64,000 nucleotides of DNA from Candidatus Parcubacteria bacterium (GTDB lineage: Bacteria; Patescibacteriota; Microgenomatia; UBA12405), in NCBI GenBank assembly GCA_023396915.1, contig JAEWUV010000002.1, positions 3,171-67,170 on the forward strand. Reading direction: 5' to 3'. The notes beneath the pieces are model-generated. The model made no database searches and had not been told where the DNA came from. It was given only the letters and a program-made list of their open reading frames with translations. The translations under genes and the position numbers were made by a program. Positions 28,233 to 38,851 of this stretch are shown here, one piece after another (position 1 is the first letter of the stretch; every line of letters starts with the position of its first letter).

Positions 28233-29624
28233 CTATTCTTCTTCGGTTGGGGTGGCGGTGACTTTGATAGTTGGAGTAACTTTGACACTGGGAGTGGCAG
28301 TAGCGGTTTTGGTAGAACCAGTAGAACTAAGATCAGTACCAATAGTGAAAACAACGTCATAGTTAGAAGCAGTTTTTAAATCACTGGTATATTCAGCTGG
28401 AAAATAATCCCCTAGCGATGATTCAAAATAGGCAGAATAAGCCTTGTCTTTGACTTGGACTGAGTTTTCGGTAACGTTTTTACTAGCATTGCCAGTAGAA
28501 ACATCTTCAAAACCAAGAGCAACCAGTTTAGCCTTGAGAGCGGAGGCCTGACCATTAATGTCAGTACCATTTAAAACTTGGATTTTTATATCTTTGTCAA
28601 TTTCAGCAACAGTGGGAGTGGGAATTTGAGTGGCAGTCGGTTGGATTTCTGATTGGGTTTGATTATCTTGATTACTATCGATAATTTTATCCTGTTTATT
28701 TTTGTTGAAAAAGAAATAAACCAAGAAAGATACTACGATAAAAGAAAAAACAGCAACTGCTATTATAGGTAATAAATTCTTTTTATTATTCATCTTGGGT
28801 GATTGATTTAAACTATTATCTTTTGGTGCTTTAATTATATCACTAATAATCCCAATAACCGGAAGTGGTAAATTTGAAAGATGATTAAAATTTTGAGCAA
28901 TTTGACTTTCATTATAGGGAGTTTTTTCCATTTCTGTAGAGGTAATTATCTCTAAATCATTACTTTCCGGATAATAAATTTTTTTGACGGGAGCACTAAA
29001 ATAAAGTTGAGCGTAATTGACAGTTTTTTGAATATCAAGATTACTTTTTTTGAAATTAGCGGTTAGATAAACTTGATTATTTTGAGAAAGTAAAAGGGTA
29101 TATTCATTATTGTTGAGCGGATAAATCAAGAAAAATTCACTTAAAAATATTTTTGAAAAAATATTGGAAATGGCAGCAGAAACTGGGGTGTAAGAACTAA
29201 TTTGAACACCTAATAAGTTTAAATTATCCTTAAGCGTTTCGAATTTGGATTTGTTGTAAATTAGAGTGTTGATAATGGTTTTTTCTTTGCCTTGGATGAG
29301 GGAATAATTTATATATTCCGAATCAATCTTAAAATCAACAGCACTAGAAGCCAGTCCAATAACCTCTTTGACGTCAATGGATTCTATTTTGGTGTCATAA
29401 ACAAAAGATTTGGTAATTACGACATTATCGGGAATTAGAATAGATAAAGAAGTAATCTTATTTTGGTGTAAAAAAGTAGATAAACTTTCAATATCTTTTG
29501 CCGATTGTTTAGTCCAAAGATTAATATCGAGGCTAAAAAAATTATTTTCTTTTTTTTCTAAATAGATTTCAACTGATTTATCTTTTGGCCAGACTACGAC
29601 TTTTGGTTTTGAAAATAATCCCAT
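28233..29624 (-). CDS. Membrane protein: cytoplasmic FtsA/PilM-like(?) domain, one TM helix, extracellular LytR_C-type domain and a Thr/Pro-rich tail
   Basis: TM LLPIIAVAVFSFIVVSFLVYFFF. C-terminal IKIQVLNGTDINGQASALKAKLVALGFEDVSTGNA resembles the LytR/CpsA/Psr C-terminal domain. N-domain segment LLGVQISSYTPVSAAISNIF resembles the actin-like PilM/FtsA fold. Confidence 0.5.
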   Translation of the reverse strand: MGLFSKPKVVVWPKDKSVEIYLEKKENNFFSLDINLWTKQSAKDIESLSTFLHQNKITSLSILIPDNVVITKSFVYDTKIESIDVKEVIGLASSAVDFKIDSEYINYSLIQGKEKTIINTLIYNKSKFETLKDNLNLLGVQISSYTPVSAAISNIFSKIFLSEFFLIYPLNNNEYTLLLSQNNQVYLTANFKKSNLDIQKTVNYAQLYFSAPVKKIYYPESNDLEIITSTEMEKTPYNESQIAQNFNHLSNLPLPVIGIISDIIKAPKDNSLNQSPKMNNKKNLLPIIAVAVFSFIVVSFLVYFFFNKNKQDKIIDSNQDNQTQSEIQPTATQIPTPTVAEIDKDIKIQVLNGTDINGQASALKAKLVALGFEDVSTGNASKNVTENSVQVKDKAYSAYFESSLGDYFPAEYTSDLKTASNYDVVFTIGTDLSSTGSTKTATATPSVKVTPTIKVTATPTEEE

Positions 29625-29662
29625 ATATTAGTGTAACAAGTTTGAAAAGTTTTTAAAGTCAT

Positions 29663-29694
29663 AAAAAAATTCCCTGAGTTTAATCAGGGAATTT
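29663..29694 (-). terminator. Rho-independent terminator after rpsG (end of the rpoB-rpoC-rpsL-rpsG unit)
   Basis: AAATTCCCTGA-gtttaa-TCAGGGAATTT, an 11-bp perfect stem; an A7 run on plus gives a U-run on the minus transcript. Confidence 0.65.
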
Positions 29695-29712
29695 ATAGTT
29701 TTAAAATAAAAT

Positions 29713-30195
29713 TTACCAACGTAAATGGGCGAAAGCTCGATTAGCTTCGGCCATACGTTCAACTTCAAGTCTTTTGGCGACTGCAGAACCGCTGTTGCTA
29801 AGAGCATCGTTTAATTCGGCGGCAATTTTTTGGGCAAAAGAATGATATTGTTTGTTGGCTCTGGCACGGGAAGCGCCAACTAACCAACGAATAGCTAAAG
29901 CATTTTGACGATTACCCCGAACTGGAGTTGGGATTTGATAAACAGCACCACCAATACGGCGAGGCCTGACTTCGACTTTAGGTTTGATATTTTCCATGGC
30001 TCTTTCCAAAACTTCAAGTTCAGATTCTTTGGGAAAATCTTTTTTGAGAAGTTCAAGCGCTTGATAAATTTGTTTCTCAGCAGCATTACGTTTGCCATCT
30101 TTCATGGTTGAGTTGATGATTTTGGCGACCAAAACGCTATTATAAATACTGTCTGGTTCAACTTTTCTGATTTTACTAGTTCCTTTTCTGGACAT
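29713..30195 (-). CDS. rpsG: 30S ribosomal protein S7
   Basis: 160 aa; SRKGTSKIRKVEPD. Confidence 0.95.
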   Translation of the reverse strand: MSRKGTSKIRKVEPDSIYNSVLVAKIINSTMKDGKRNAAEKQIYQALELLKKDFPKESELEVLERAMENIKPKVEVRPRRIGGAVYQIPTPVRGNRQNALAIRWLVGASRARANKQYHSFAQKIAAELNDALSNSGSAVAKRLEVERMAEANRAFAHLRW

Positions 30196-30243
30196 AGATT
30201 ATGTTTGTTAGCTATTAGCTTTTAGTAAATAGTTAAATATTAA

Positions 30244-30669
30244 TTAAGCGGATTTAGAAGCACCGGGTTTTTTGGCACCATATTTGCTTCGGGATTGTAA
30301 ACGACCCTCAACTCCACCGGCATCAAATTTACCTCTGATAACGTGATAACGGACACCAGGTAAGTCACGAACACGACCGCCACGAATTGAAACGATACTA
30401 TGTTCAGCAAGGTTATGTCCAATACCAGGAATATAAGCAGTAACAGAAGATCGGTTACTAAGTTTAATAGTGGCAGTTTTTCTTAAAGCAGAATTAGGTT
30501 TTTTTGGAGTCATGGTTTTGACTACAGTGACAACACCTTTTTTGAAAGGATTAGTGGTCTTTTTAAAACGATTAGTAATCGTATTAAAATTATCACGAAG
30601 AGCCCCTGTTTTAAGTTTTTTAATTCTAGGTGTACGACCTTTTTTGATTAATTGGTTATAAGTAGGCAT
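30244..30669 (-). CDS. rpsL: 30S ribosomal protein S12 (with a lineage-specific internal insertion)
   Basis: Start trimmed to [12 protein letters not shown]; the ORF-track 5' extension overlaps the rpoC 3' end. [10 protein letters not shown] motif. Only 4 nt separate the rpoC stop from this ATG. Confidence 0.93.
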   Translation of the reverse strand: MPTYNQLIKKGRTPRIKKLKTGALRDNFNTITNRFKKTTNPFKKGVVTVVKTMTPKKPNSALRKTATIKLSNRSSVTAYIPGIGHNLAEHSIVSIRGGRVRDLPGVRYHVIRGKFDAGGVEGRLQSRSKYGAKKPGASKSA

Positions 30670-30673
30670 AAAT

Positions 30674-33600
30674 TTAATTTTTTTCAGATTGGTCCTTGCC
30701 AACTGGAATAAGACGTCCGATAATAACATTTTCCTTGAGGCCAATCAAGTCATCGACTTCAGCAATTAAGGAAGCTTCGGTCAAAATACTAGTGGTCTGT
30801 TGGAAAGAAGCGGCTGAAAGCCAAGATCCAGTAGTTAGAGCTGATTGGATAAGCCCTAAAAGAATTCTCTTTCCTTTGGCTGGTTTAGCATCTTTGTCTT
30901 TTTGTTTGGCTTTTTCGTTAGCGGCGTTAAAGCTAGCTAAAGAAACAACCTGACCATAAAGGAAAGTGGTGTCACCAGGATTTTCAATCTTAATCTTACC
31001 ACTCATTTCTTTGATAATGACTTCTATGTGTTTATCATGGATAGTAATTCCCTGAGATTCATACACTCCCTGGATATTATCAATTAAATATTTTTGAGCG
31101 GCTTCAATACCTTTGATTTCCATTATTTCTCGGACATCAAGAGACCCTGAAGAAAGTTGGGACCCTTTGGCGACTAAATCACCATCAGAAACCAAGAGGT
31201 TAGCGTTTGAAGGTAAGATATAGGTAATAGTTTTAGTAACTTTATCATCATCTTTGCCGACAAGTTTAATTTCGTAACCATCAATATTTTCCTTAACTTT
31301 AACTTTACCCGAAACTTCGGCTAAAGGTGAAGGAAGTTTTGGCATACGGATTTCGAAAAGCTCTTGGACACGAGGTAAACCTTGAGTAACGTCGACACCA
31401 ACGACACCTCCAGTGTGTTTGGTTCGAAGAGTAAGCTGAGTACCAGGCTCACCAACTGATTGAGCGGCAACGACACCAACCGGAACACCAATATCAACCA
31501 TTTTACGGGTTGATAAGTCCCAACCATAGCATTTGCTACAAAGACCGGTTTCAGCCGAACAAGTTAGAGGTGAACGAATATCAACCGATTTGATTTCTTT
31601 TTCATCAATTACTTTTATGGCCTCATCATCAATGAGATCACCTTTTTTGAAAATTACTTTTTTAGTCTTTGGATCAATAAGATCATTGGCTAAAATTCTT
31701 CCTAAAATACGGCGTAAAAAGTAACGTTCACGACCTTTGTCGTTGGCTTCGATAGTGATGAATTTGTCGGTACCACAGTCGTCCATACGAATTATGGAAG
31801 TGTGAGCGGCATCAACTAGACGACGGGTCAAATAACCAGCGTCAGCTGTTTTAAGAGCGGTGTCGGCTAAACCTTTGCGGGTTCCACGAGCACCAGTAAC
31901 GTATTCAAAAACTGACAAACCTTCACGGAAGTTAGACTTGGTAGGAAGTTGAACGATTTTACCGGTAGGATCAACCATAAGACCACGCATACCAGAAAGC
32001 TGTTTGATTTGATCTTTGGAAGCACGCTTAATACCAGCGGCAGAAACGATACGAATTGGAGAGTCAATATCAAGTGTATCCCAAGTTTTTTCAGCAATTT
32101 CTTCGGTTTTTTCTAGCCAAATATTTTGAGAAAGACGTTTTTTCTCATCATCACTAATTAGACCCATTTTGTAGTTATCTTCGATTTCGGCAACTTGTTT
32201 ATTGGCACTATTAATAATAGTGTCTTTTTCCGGTAAATAACCACAATCTTCCATTGATAAAGAGATTCCTGAAAGAGTGAACCCTTCAAACCCAATATCT
32301 TTGAGAGAATCGATTAATTTGACAGTTTTAAGACGGCCGGCAATATCAAGAGATTTAACCACTAAGTCATTAAGTGCTTTTGATCCCGCTAAAGATTCAT
32401 TGAGGAAACCAAATTCTTTTGGAAGTATTTTATTAAACCAAATACGACCAAAGGTAGTTTTAATAATTTTACCGTCAATACGAACAGCAATAAGCTCTCT
32501 GAGATCAATTTTTTTAGATTGATAGGCTAATTCAGCTTCTTCGACATCGGCAAAAATAGGTAAATTCTTGAAATCATTACCATCAACTTTGACTAAATCT
32601 TGAGAACGGACTGAAGTTATGTAATAACAACCTACTGCCATACCTTGGGAAGGAATTGAGATAGGAGTACTATCAGCCGGTTTAAGTAAGTTGTGAGAAG
32701 GTAACATTAAACGTTTGGCTTCTTTTTGGGAGGCGTCAGAAAGGGGTAAATGAACACCCATTTGGTCACCGTCAAAGTCAGCGTTGAAACCTTTACAAAC
32801 ACATGGATGAAGACGAATAGCTAAACCGTCAACTAAAACTGGTTTGAAAGCCTGAATAGAAAGTTTGTGAAGTGTAGGAGCGCGGTTAAGAAGAATATAT
32901 TTATTCTTGGTAACTTTTTCCAAAACATCATAAACTTCGGTTATCCGATGGTCAATTAAGTTTTTAGCACTTTTAATGTTTGGAGCAATGCCAATAGCCA
33001 TAAGTTCACGAAGAACAAAAGGTCTAAACATTTCTAGGGCAATTTCTTTTGGTAAACCAACTTGATTAAGTTTAAGTTCTGGGCCGACAACGATAACTGA
33101 ACGGCCAGAATAATCGACACGTTTACCTAATAAATTACGTCGGAAACGACCTTTTTTACCTCTTAATAAATCAGAAAGTGAACGAGGAACTCGTTTTAAA
33201 CTTTTCCTTTTATTTTTGGAACTTTTTTGAGCATCAATAAGAATGTCCACAGATTCCTGTAACATACGTTTCTCGTTGCGCAAAATAATTTCCGGGGCAC
33301 CAAGTTTCAGTAATTTTTTAAGACGGTTGTTACGATTAATCAAACGACGATATAAATCGTTTAAATCAGAGGTAGCAAAACGGCCGCCAGTGAGTTGGAC
33401 CATAGGACGAAGTTCCGGTGGAATAATAGGAATGTGAGTTAAAACCATTGATTTGGGATCAATGTTGTTATCAGACATACCGGTTAAGATACGGATTTTG
33501 TACATGATTTTCTTTTTCTTGAGCTTTGAACTAGTTTTGTTTAATTCAGTTTTAAGGTTTTTTAAAGTTTCAGAAATGTCAATTTGGCTTAAAACTTCAA

Positions 33601-34417
33601 GTAAACTTTCAGCTCCCATTCCAGCAGTAAAAAAGATATCAGCTTTAAATTGAGAAAGATAAAAACTTTCTTCGTCTGTAAGAGTACTTAAAACATCTAA
33701 GGTTTGAATTTTTTCTTCAAGATATTTCATCAAACCTTCAATTCGATTTTTTTCAGCTAAACCTTTATTTTCAATTTTTTGGATATCTTGTTTGAGACGA
33801 ACGTCACGTTCTTCTTGAGCAATGGAAAGTTGATCTTTGTTTTTAATCTTGGATTTTAGTTCTTTTTTCTCTTCCTCGGTTTGTTTGGTTTTCAACTCGA
33901 TATTCTTTTTGACATCAGCATCAATCTGTTCAATCCTCTTTTTAGATTGTTGACCCAAATTTTCTAAAGCTTCTTTTCTTTTTGAATCGTCGATAGAAGT
34001 GACTAAATATTTAGTGAAATAAACTACAGCTTCCAAATCTTTTTGAGGAACATCAAGCAAAACTCCAATTGGAGAGGGAGTGTTTCGAAGATACCAAAGA
34101 TGAGTGGTTGGAGCGGCTAAAGTGATATGTCCCATCCGTTCACGACGAACTTTTGAAACGGTAACTTCAACACCACAACGATCACAAATTACACCTTTGA
34201 ATCGGATTTTTTTGTATTTTCCACAATAACATTCATAGTCTTTTGATGGTCCAAAAATTTTCTCACAAAAGAGACCGTCTTTTTCAGGTCTCCAACTTCT
34301 GTAATTAATTGTTTCTGGTTTAGTAACTTCACCGTGGGACCATTCGAGAATATCGGCTGGGGAAGCTAATTTAATTTGTAGACCAGAAAAATCGATCATA
34401 TTTTTAAATTTAAACAT
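30674..34417 (-). CDS. rpoC: DNA-directed RNA polymerase subunit beta'
   Basis: 1247 aa; Zn finger [27 protein letters not shown] catalytic motif. Confidence 0.97.
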   Translation of the reverse strand: MFKFKNMIDFSGLQIKLASPADILEWSHGEVTKPETINYRSWRPEKDGLFCEKIFGPSKDYECYCGKYKKIRFKGVICDRCGVEVTVSKVRRERMGHITLAAPTTHLWYLRNTPSPIGVLLDVPQKDLEAVVYFTKYLVTSIDDSKRKEALENLGQQSKKRIEQIDADVKKNIELKTKQTEEEKKELKSKIKNKDQLSIAQEERDVRLKQDIQKIENKGLAEKNRIEGLMKYLEEKIQTLDVLSTLTDEESFYLSQFKADIFFTAGMGAESLLEVLSQIDISETLKNLKTELNKTSSKLKKKKIMYKIRILTGMSDNNIDPKSMVLTHIPIIPPELRPMVQLTGGRFATSDLNDLYRRLINRNNRLKKLLKLGAPEIILRNEKRMLQESVDILIDAQKSSKNKRKSLKRVPRSLSDLLRGKKGRFRRNLLGKRVDYSGRSVIVVGPELKLNQVGLPKEIALEMFRPFVLRELMAIGIAPNIKSAKNLIDHRITEVYDVLEKVTKNKYILLNRAPTLHKLSIQAFKPVLVDGLAIRLHPCVCKGFNADFDGDQMGVHLPLSDASQKEAKRLMLPSHNLLKPADSTPISIPSQGMAVGCYYITSVRSQDLVKVDGNDFKNLPIFADVEEAELAYQSKKIDLRELIAVRIDGKIIKTTFGRIWFNKILPKEFGFLNESLAGSKALNDLVVKSLDIAGRLKTVKLIDSLKDIGFEGFTLSGISLSMEDCGYLPEKDTIINSANKQVAEIEDNYKMGLISDDEKKRLSQNIWLEKTEEIAEKTWDTLDIDSPIRIVSAAGIKRASKDQIKQLSGMRGLMVDPTGKIVQLPTKSNFREGLSVFEYVTGARGTRKGLADTALKTADAGYLTRRLVDAAHTSIIRMDDCGTDKFITIEANDKGRERYFLRRILGRILANDLIDPKTKKVIFKKGDLIDDEAIKVIDEKEIKSVDIRSPLTCSAETGLCSKCYGWDLSTRKMVDIGVPVGVVAAQSVGEPGTQLTLRTKHTGGVVGVDVTQGLPRVQELFEIRMPKLPSPLAEVSGKVKVKENIDGYEIKLVGKDDDKVTKTITYILPSNANLLVSDGDLVAKGSQLSSGSLDVREIMEIKGIEAAQKYLIDNIQGVYESQGITIHDKHIEVIIKEMSGKIKIENPGDTTFLYGQVVSLASFNAANEKAKQKDKDAKPAKGKRILLGLIQSALTTGSWLSAASFQQTTSILTEASLIAEVDDLIGLKENVIIGRLIPVGKDQSEKN

Positions 34418-37400
34418 TATTGTTCCTCCTTTATTTCATCTTCTAATGGTTTGTCAATTTCCTCAGAAACAGTTAAACCTTCGGCTTCAACTTCAGCTTC
34501 CAGTTCGACGGTTTCTTTGTCAGAAACAGACGGGATAATTTCTTCCGGTTTGATTTCTTCTGAAGAAGTGTTCTCTTCAGAGGTTTCTAATGGAGATTCT
34601 TTGACTCCAACAGGAGAAATATCTAAGGCTAGACCGGCAAGTTCTTTGGTAAGAACTTTGAAAGATTCTGGAATAGCCGGTTCGGGAATAGTTTCCCCTT
34701 TGATAATGGATTGGAAAGCATGAGTACGACCTTCAATATCGTCAGATTTGAGAGTTAACATTTCCTGGAGAGTATGAGCAGCACGATGTGCTTCAAGAGC
34801 CCAAACTTCCATTTCTCCAAGTCTTTGACCTCCCATACGAGCCTTACCTCCGAGAGGTTGTTGAGTAACTAAGGAGTATGGACCAGTAGAACGTGAATGA
34901 ACTTTGTCATCAACCATGTGGACGAGTTTTAGAATATAGCCAATACCAACGACGGTTTTTTGATGGAAAGCTTCTCCGGTACGACCGTCATAAAGTTGAA
35001 TTTTGGAGTTACTGGGTAAGCCAGCAGTTTCTAATTCTTTTGAAATTCTATCTTCAGGATATTTTTCAAAAACTGGAACTGCATACTTTTTATTAAGTTT
35101 AAGACCGGCATAAGCTAAAGTTGTCTCTAAAATCTGACCCAAGTTCATACGAGAAATAACAGAAATTGGAGAGATAACTAAATCTATTGGAGTACCGTCG
35201 GCAGTTCTAGGCATATCATAGGTAGGCCAAACACGGCCAATAACTCCTTTGTTGCCATGGCGACCGGCGATCTTGTCCCCTTCTTGAATTCTTCTGATTT
35301 GAGCAACATAAACTTTGACGATTTTGTTGACACCTGGATCGAGTTCATCACCATCGTCTTTAGATAAGATATCAACTTTAATGACAACACCACCTTCGCC
35401 GTTTGGTACGCGAAGAGAAGTGTCTTTAACTTCACGGGCTTTTTCACCAAAAATAGCACGTAATAGTCTTTCTTCTGCAGAAAGCTCTTTTTCACCACGA
35501 GGTTCAACTTTACCAACTAAAATATCGTTTGGTCCGACAGTGGCACCAATCATGACGATACCGTCTTCGGTAAGTTTAGCTAATTCGTTTTCAGAAACAT
35601 TAGGAATATCTTTGGTTAATTCTTCAGACCCTAATTTAGTTTCAACAACTTGAGCTTGATATTCATAAATTTGAATGTTAGTTAATATATCTTCTTTGAC
35701 TAAACGATCAGAAATTAAGAAAGAATCTTCGTAGTTTAAACCATCTAATTCAGTGTAAGCTACCAATAAATTTTGACCGATAGATAATTCACCACCATCA
35801 GTGGACGGACCATCGATGAGTAAGTCACCGGCTTTAACAACATCACCTTTGTTAACTACACCTCTTTGGTTGTAGCAAGTACCATATGGAGAAGTCCTTT
35901 CAAATTTAGATAAATAATAAGTTTCTGTTTTACCATCGGTACTAATTTCGCTTTGGTCGTGGTAATCAGCAGAAACTTTTTTGTCGAGAGCAATAACTAT
36001 TTTGCTACCATCAACAAAAGTAACTTTACCTGAATGATTGGCTAAAACTGTTCGTTTCATGGATGTAGCAACGGCACCTTCCATGCCGGTTCCGACAATA
36101 GGAGATTTTGGAGCGATTAAAGGTACGGCTTGGGTCTGCATGTGGGAACCCATAAGAGCACGGGTAGCATCGTCATGATCAACAAAAGGAATTAATGAAG
36201 CAGAAGCGCCAACAATTTGGTTAGGAACTAAATCAATATATTCAACTTGTTCAATAGGTCCTTCAATAAACTCTCCTTCATAACGAATAGGAACCCATTC
36301 TTGTTTAGTTACCTCATTTTCATCAAAGCTAATTCCTAGATGAGTAATTTTTTTATCATATTCATCGTCGGCATCTAGATAGAAATAATCATCAGAGATG
36401 GTATAACCACCTTTGGTTTTTATTAACTTTCTGAAAGGTGCTTGGATAAAACCATATTTATCAATTTGAGCATAAAGAGCAAGATAAGTAACCAAACCAA
36501 TGTTTGGACCTTCAGGAGAACGAACGGTACAAATACGACCATATTGAGAAGTGTGAACGTCACGGATAGAGAAAGCGGCCCGATCACGAGTTAAACCACC
36601 AATACCAACAACAGTGACACGACGTAAAAGATCAAGTTCAGATAAAGGATTAGTTTGATCTAGAATAGCCGATAATTGGTTTGATCTGAAAAAGGAGTTA
36701 AGGGTTGAAATAAGTGGTTGAGGATTAATCATTTGACTAGGTGACGGTTTTTCTTTGGTAGAAATCAAAGACATTCTTTCTTTGACCATTCTTTCAAATC
36801 TAGCCATGGCTGGACGAAGAGCAATTTGAGAAACGATTTCACCACAACGTCGAAGTCGGCGGTTTGCCAAACTATCAATATCATCAAGACGAGTCACCTC
36901 ACCTTTTTGAAGTTGGATTAAGTATTTGACAGTAGCAATTAAATCTTCTTTTCTTAAAACCCAATTTTCTTTGTTGTTATCGTCAAAATCAAAACCGAAT
37001 TTTTTATTAATTTTATATCTGCCAACGTTACCAAGTTCATAAGTTTTAATGTCAAAAAATCTTTCTTCGAAGAATTTTTGGGCATTTTCTAAAACTACAG
37101 GTTCCCCTGGTCGGAGTTTTCGATAGAATTCCAAAATAGCTTCCTCAGAAGTTTTGGAGATATCGGCTTGAATGGTTGGGACAATAAGGTCACCGAATTC
37201 GGACATTAATTGTTTGTCGTCCATTTGGCAAGCGGCTCTCAAAAGAATAGTAGCCGGAAATTTCTTTTTTCTGTCAATACGGGCAAAAACAACATCTTTT
37301 TTACCAATGAAAAATTCTAGCCAAGAACCCTTGTTAGGACGAAGTTCAGCGTTATATAAAGTTTTACCAGTAGCAATGTCGCGCTCTCCGGTGAAATAAA

Positions 37401-37812
37401 CGCCAGGAGATCTGACTAATTGGTTGATGATGCCTCTTTCAATACCGTTAATAATGAAAGTACCTTCATCAGTCATGGTGGGCAAATTTAAGAAAAAGAC
37501 ATTTTCTTCTCTGACATTTCCGGTTCTTTTGTTAGTTAAAGTGGTTTTTATACGGACAGGGACGGTGTAATTAAGCTCTTTTTTCTTGGCAGTTTGTGGG
37601 TCTAAGGTAATAGGGTCGTAAGTAATTTCACCAAGTTCAAGTTGCCAGTTGTTTCCGGTGTAATCAACGATGGGAGAGACGGCTTGGATGGTTTCTTTTA
37701 GTTCTCGGTCTAGAAAATCTTTCCAGGATTCTTTTTGAATTTTAATTAGGTCTAATTTAGGGAGATTTGGGTAATTTTTACCCCAAGAGGTTCTTTTAAC
37801 GGTAGGCATCAA
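34417..37812 (-). CDS. rpoB: DNA-directed RNA polymerase subunit beta
   Basis: 1131 aa; rifampicin-cluster region and GEMEVWALEA. Confidence 0.97.
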   Translation of the reverse strand: MMPTVKRTSWGKNYPNLPKLDLIKIQKESWKDFLDRELKETIQAVSPIVDYTGNNWQLELGEITYDPITLDPQTAKKKELNYTVPVRIKTTLTNKRTGNVREENVFFLNLPTMTDEGTFIINGIERGIINQLVRSPGVYFTGERDIATGKTLYNAELRPNKGSWLEFFIGKKDVVFARIDRKKKFPATILLRAACQMDDKQLMSEFGDLIVPTIQADISKTSEEAILEFYRKLRPGEPVVLENAQKFFEERFFDIKTYELGNVGRYKINKKFGFDFDDNNKENWVLRKEDLIATVKYLIQLQKGEVTRLDDIDSLANRRLRRCGEIVSQIALRPAMARFERMVKERMSLISTKEKPSPSQMINPQPLISTLNSFFRSNQLSAILDQTNPLSELDLLRRVTVVGIGGLTRDRAAFSIRDVHTSQYGRICTVRSPEGPNIGLVTYLALYAQIDKYGFIQAPFRKLIKTKGGYTISDDYFYLDADDEYDKKITHLGISFDENEVTKQEWVPIRYEGEFIEGPIEQVEYIDLVPNQIVGASASLIPFVDHDDATRALMGSHMQTQAVPLIAPKSPIVGTGMEGAVATSMKRTVLANHSGKVTFVDGSKIVIALDKKVSADYHDQSEISTDGKTETYYLSKFERTSPYGTCYNQRGVVNKGDVVKAGDLLIDGPSTDGGELSIGQNLLVAYTELDGLNYEDSFLISDRLVKEDILTNIQIYEYQAQVVETKLGSEELTKDIPNVSENELAKLTEDGIVMIGATVGPNDILVGKVEPRGEKELSAEERLLRAIFGEKAREVKDTSLRVPNGEGGVVIKVDILSKDDGDELDPGVNKIVKVYVAQIRRIQEGDKIAGRHGNKGVIGRVWPTYDMPRTADGTPIDLVISPISVISRMNLGQILETTLAYAGLKLNKKYAVPVFEKYPEDRISKELETAGLPSNSKIQLYDGRTGEAFHQKTVVGIGYILKLVHMVDDKVHSRSTGPYSLVTQQPLGGKARMGGQRLGEMEVWALEAHRAAHTLQEMLTLKSDDIEGRTHAFQSIIKGETIPEPAIPESFKVLTKELAGLALDISPVGVKESPLETSEENTSSEEIKPEEIIPSVSDKETVELEAEVEAEGLTVSEEIDKPLEDEIKEEQ

Positions 37813-37878
37813 AAATTTAATTTCTAACTAAAATGAAAGTCAGCAAGTTATGTACCAACCGCTCGCCGAATAGGTGAT

Positions 37879-37907
37879 ATTTTACCTCTACCCTCCAAAC
37901 TTAGCAA
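37879..37907 (-). promoter_or_regulatory. Candidate promoter upstream of rpoB
   Basis: On the minus strand: TTGCTA, 17-nt spacer, TAAAAT, about 65 nt upstream of the rpoB ATG. Confidence 0.3.
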
Positions 37908-37921
37908 TGGGGGAAAATAAA

Positions 37922-38788
37922 TTAGAGAGATGTGGATGGAGTCACTGAAGAAGTGGCTGATTTTGTTGGAGTAATAGTAGTTTTTTTTGGTGAAATTGTT
38001 GCTGATTTTGTAGAAGGAGCAGTAACAATGGTTGGAGTTAAAGAACAAGCCATTTCGGTACAGGCAATAACGCCGGCTGATTGACAACTACAAGTGTTAC
38101 AACCGTCAGCAGATTTAAATGACTCCCCTATCTGATAAGTTTCTCCATTAAGTTCACAGACTTCCTGAGTAACAGCAGGAACACTGGTTGGGGTTACAGA
38201 GGAAGAATTTTGGGTTGATGGTTGATAGAAAAAGAGAAAATAAACCCAAAGACCGGCGACAATAAAAAATATAACCAAAGAAAGAATAAAAATATTTTTT
38301 AGACTATTTGGTTTTTTAGGTGGAGTGGTTGTTGAATCATCGGCTAAAATTTTGTCAATTTGAGCTTTGACTTCTTCTGGGCTTTTTGGGGATTCTTCTG
38401 GAGTATCAAGATTTTCCTTAGGTGGATTATAAACAGGTGGCAACTCATGTTTTTCGACGTCTGGTTGAACATCGGTTTTGGGTAATTCTTCGTTGGCTAT
38501 TCCTGGTTTATTTTCCGGAATGTCAGATGGGATTGATTGAACTTTATCCGGGGCTTCTAGTTGAGGGGAATTTATATCTTTTAATTTTATCTGTTCTTTT
38601 GGTGTAGTTTTGGATGAGATTTCTTTTAATTCGGCAGTTAGTTCCGACTCAGTGGTTACTTCTTTTGGAATTTCTTGAACTTCTATGTCTTCCGCTTTGA
38701 TTGAAGCAGCGGCTTGATCAAGAATTTTTTGGTAATCTTCACTATTGGCGTTATCGTTGGGTTGGTTTAGATTTTTATCATCATTCAT
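37922..38788 (-). CDS. Single-pass membrane protein with an acidic Pro/Glu-rich cytoplasmic N-region and a small Cys6 ectodomain resembling a VWC/chordin-type module
   Basis: TM IFILSLVIFFIVAGLWVYFLFFY. Ectodomain CELNGETYQIGESFKSADGCNTCSCQSAGVIACTEMAC. Confidence 0.5.
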   Translation of the reverse strand: MNDDKNLNQPNDNANSEDYQKILDQAAASIKAEDIEVQEIPKEVTTESELTAELKEISSKTTPKEQIKLKDINSPQLEAPDKVQSIPSDIPENKPGIANEELPKTDVQPDVEKHELPPVYNPPKENLDTPEESPKSPEEVKAQIDKILADDSTTTPPKKPNSLKNIFILSLVIFFIVAGLWVYFLFFYQPSTQNSSSVTPTSVPAVTQEVCELNGETYQIGESFKSADGCNTCSCQSAGVIACTEMACSLTPTIVTAPSTKSATISPKKTTITPTKSATSSVTPSTSL

Positions 38789-38817
38789 AAATTAATATTC
38801 TCATTTAAATAAAAGTA

Positions 38818-38846
38818 TTGCAAATCCCTAAAAACTCTTTAATATT
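38818..38846 (+). promoter_or_regulatory. Candidate promoter for the 38852 gene (would give a leaderless mRNA)
   Basis: TTGCAA, 17 nt, AATATT; the ATG lies 5-6 nt after the -10 element. Confidence 0.3.
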
Positions 38847-38851
38847 GAATT

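Noticed and set aside
30244-30744. 166-aa S12 ORF with a 25-codon leader
   Set aside because: The leader overlaps the 3' end of rpoC. The canonical S12 start MPTYNQL is at 30669.
30674-37812. Possible inteins or large insertions in rpoB and rpoC (also checked recA, fusA, ftsK)
   Set aside because: All have ordinary lengths with contiguous conserved motifs. No Hint or homing-endonuclease blocks were seen. The coiled-coil stretch near the rpoC N-terminus looks like a lineage-specific insertion, not a mobile element.
37848-38087. 79-aa minus-strand ORF
   Set aside because: It overlaps the 3' end of the 37922..38788 gene in a different frame and covers the rpoB promoter region. It is a likely artefact.
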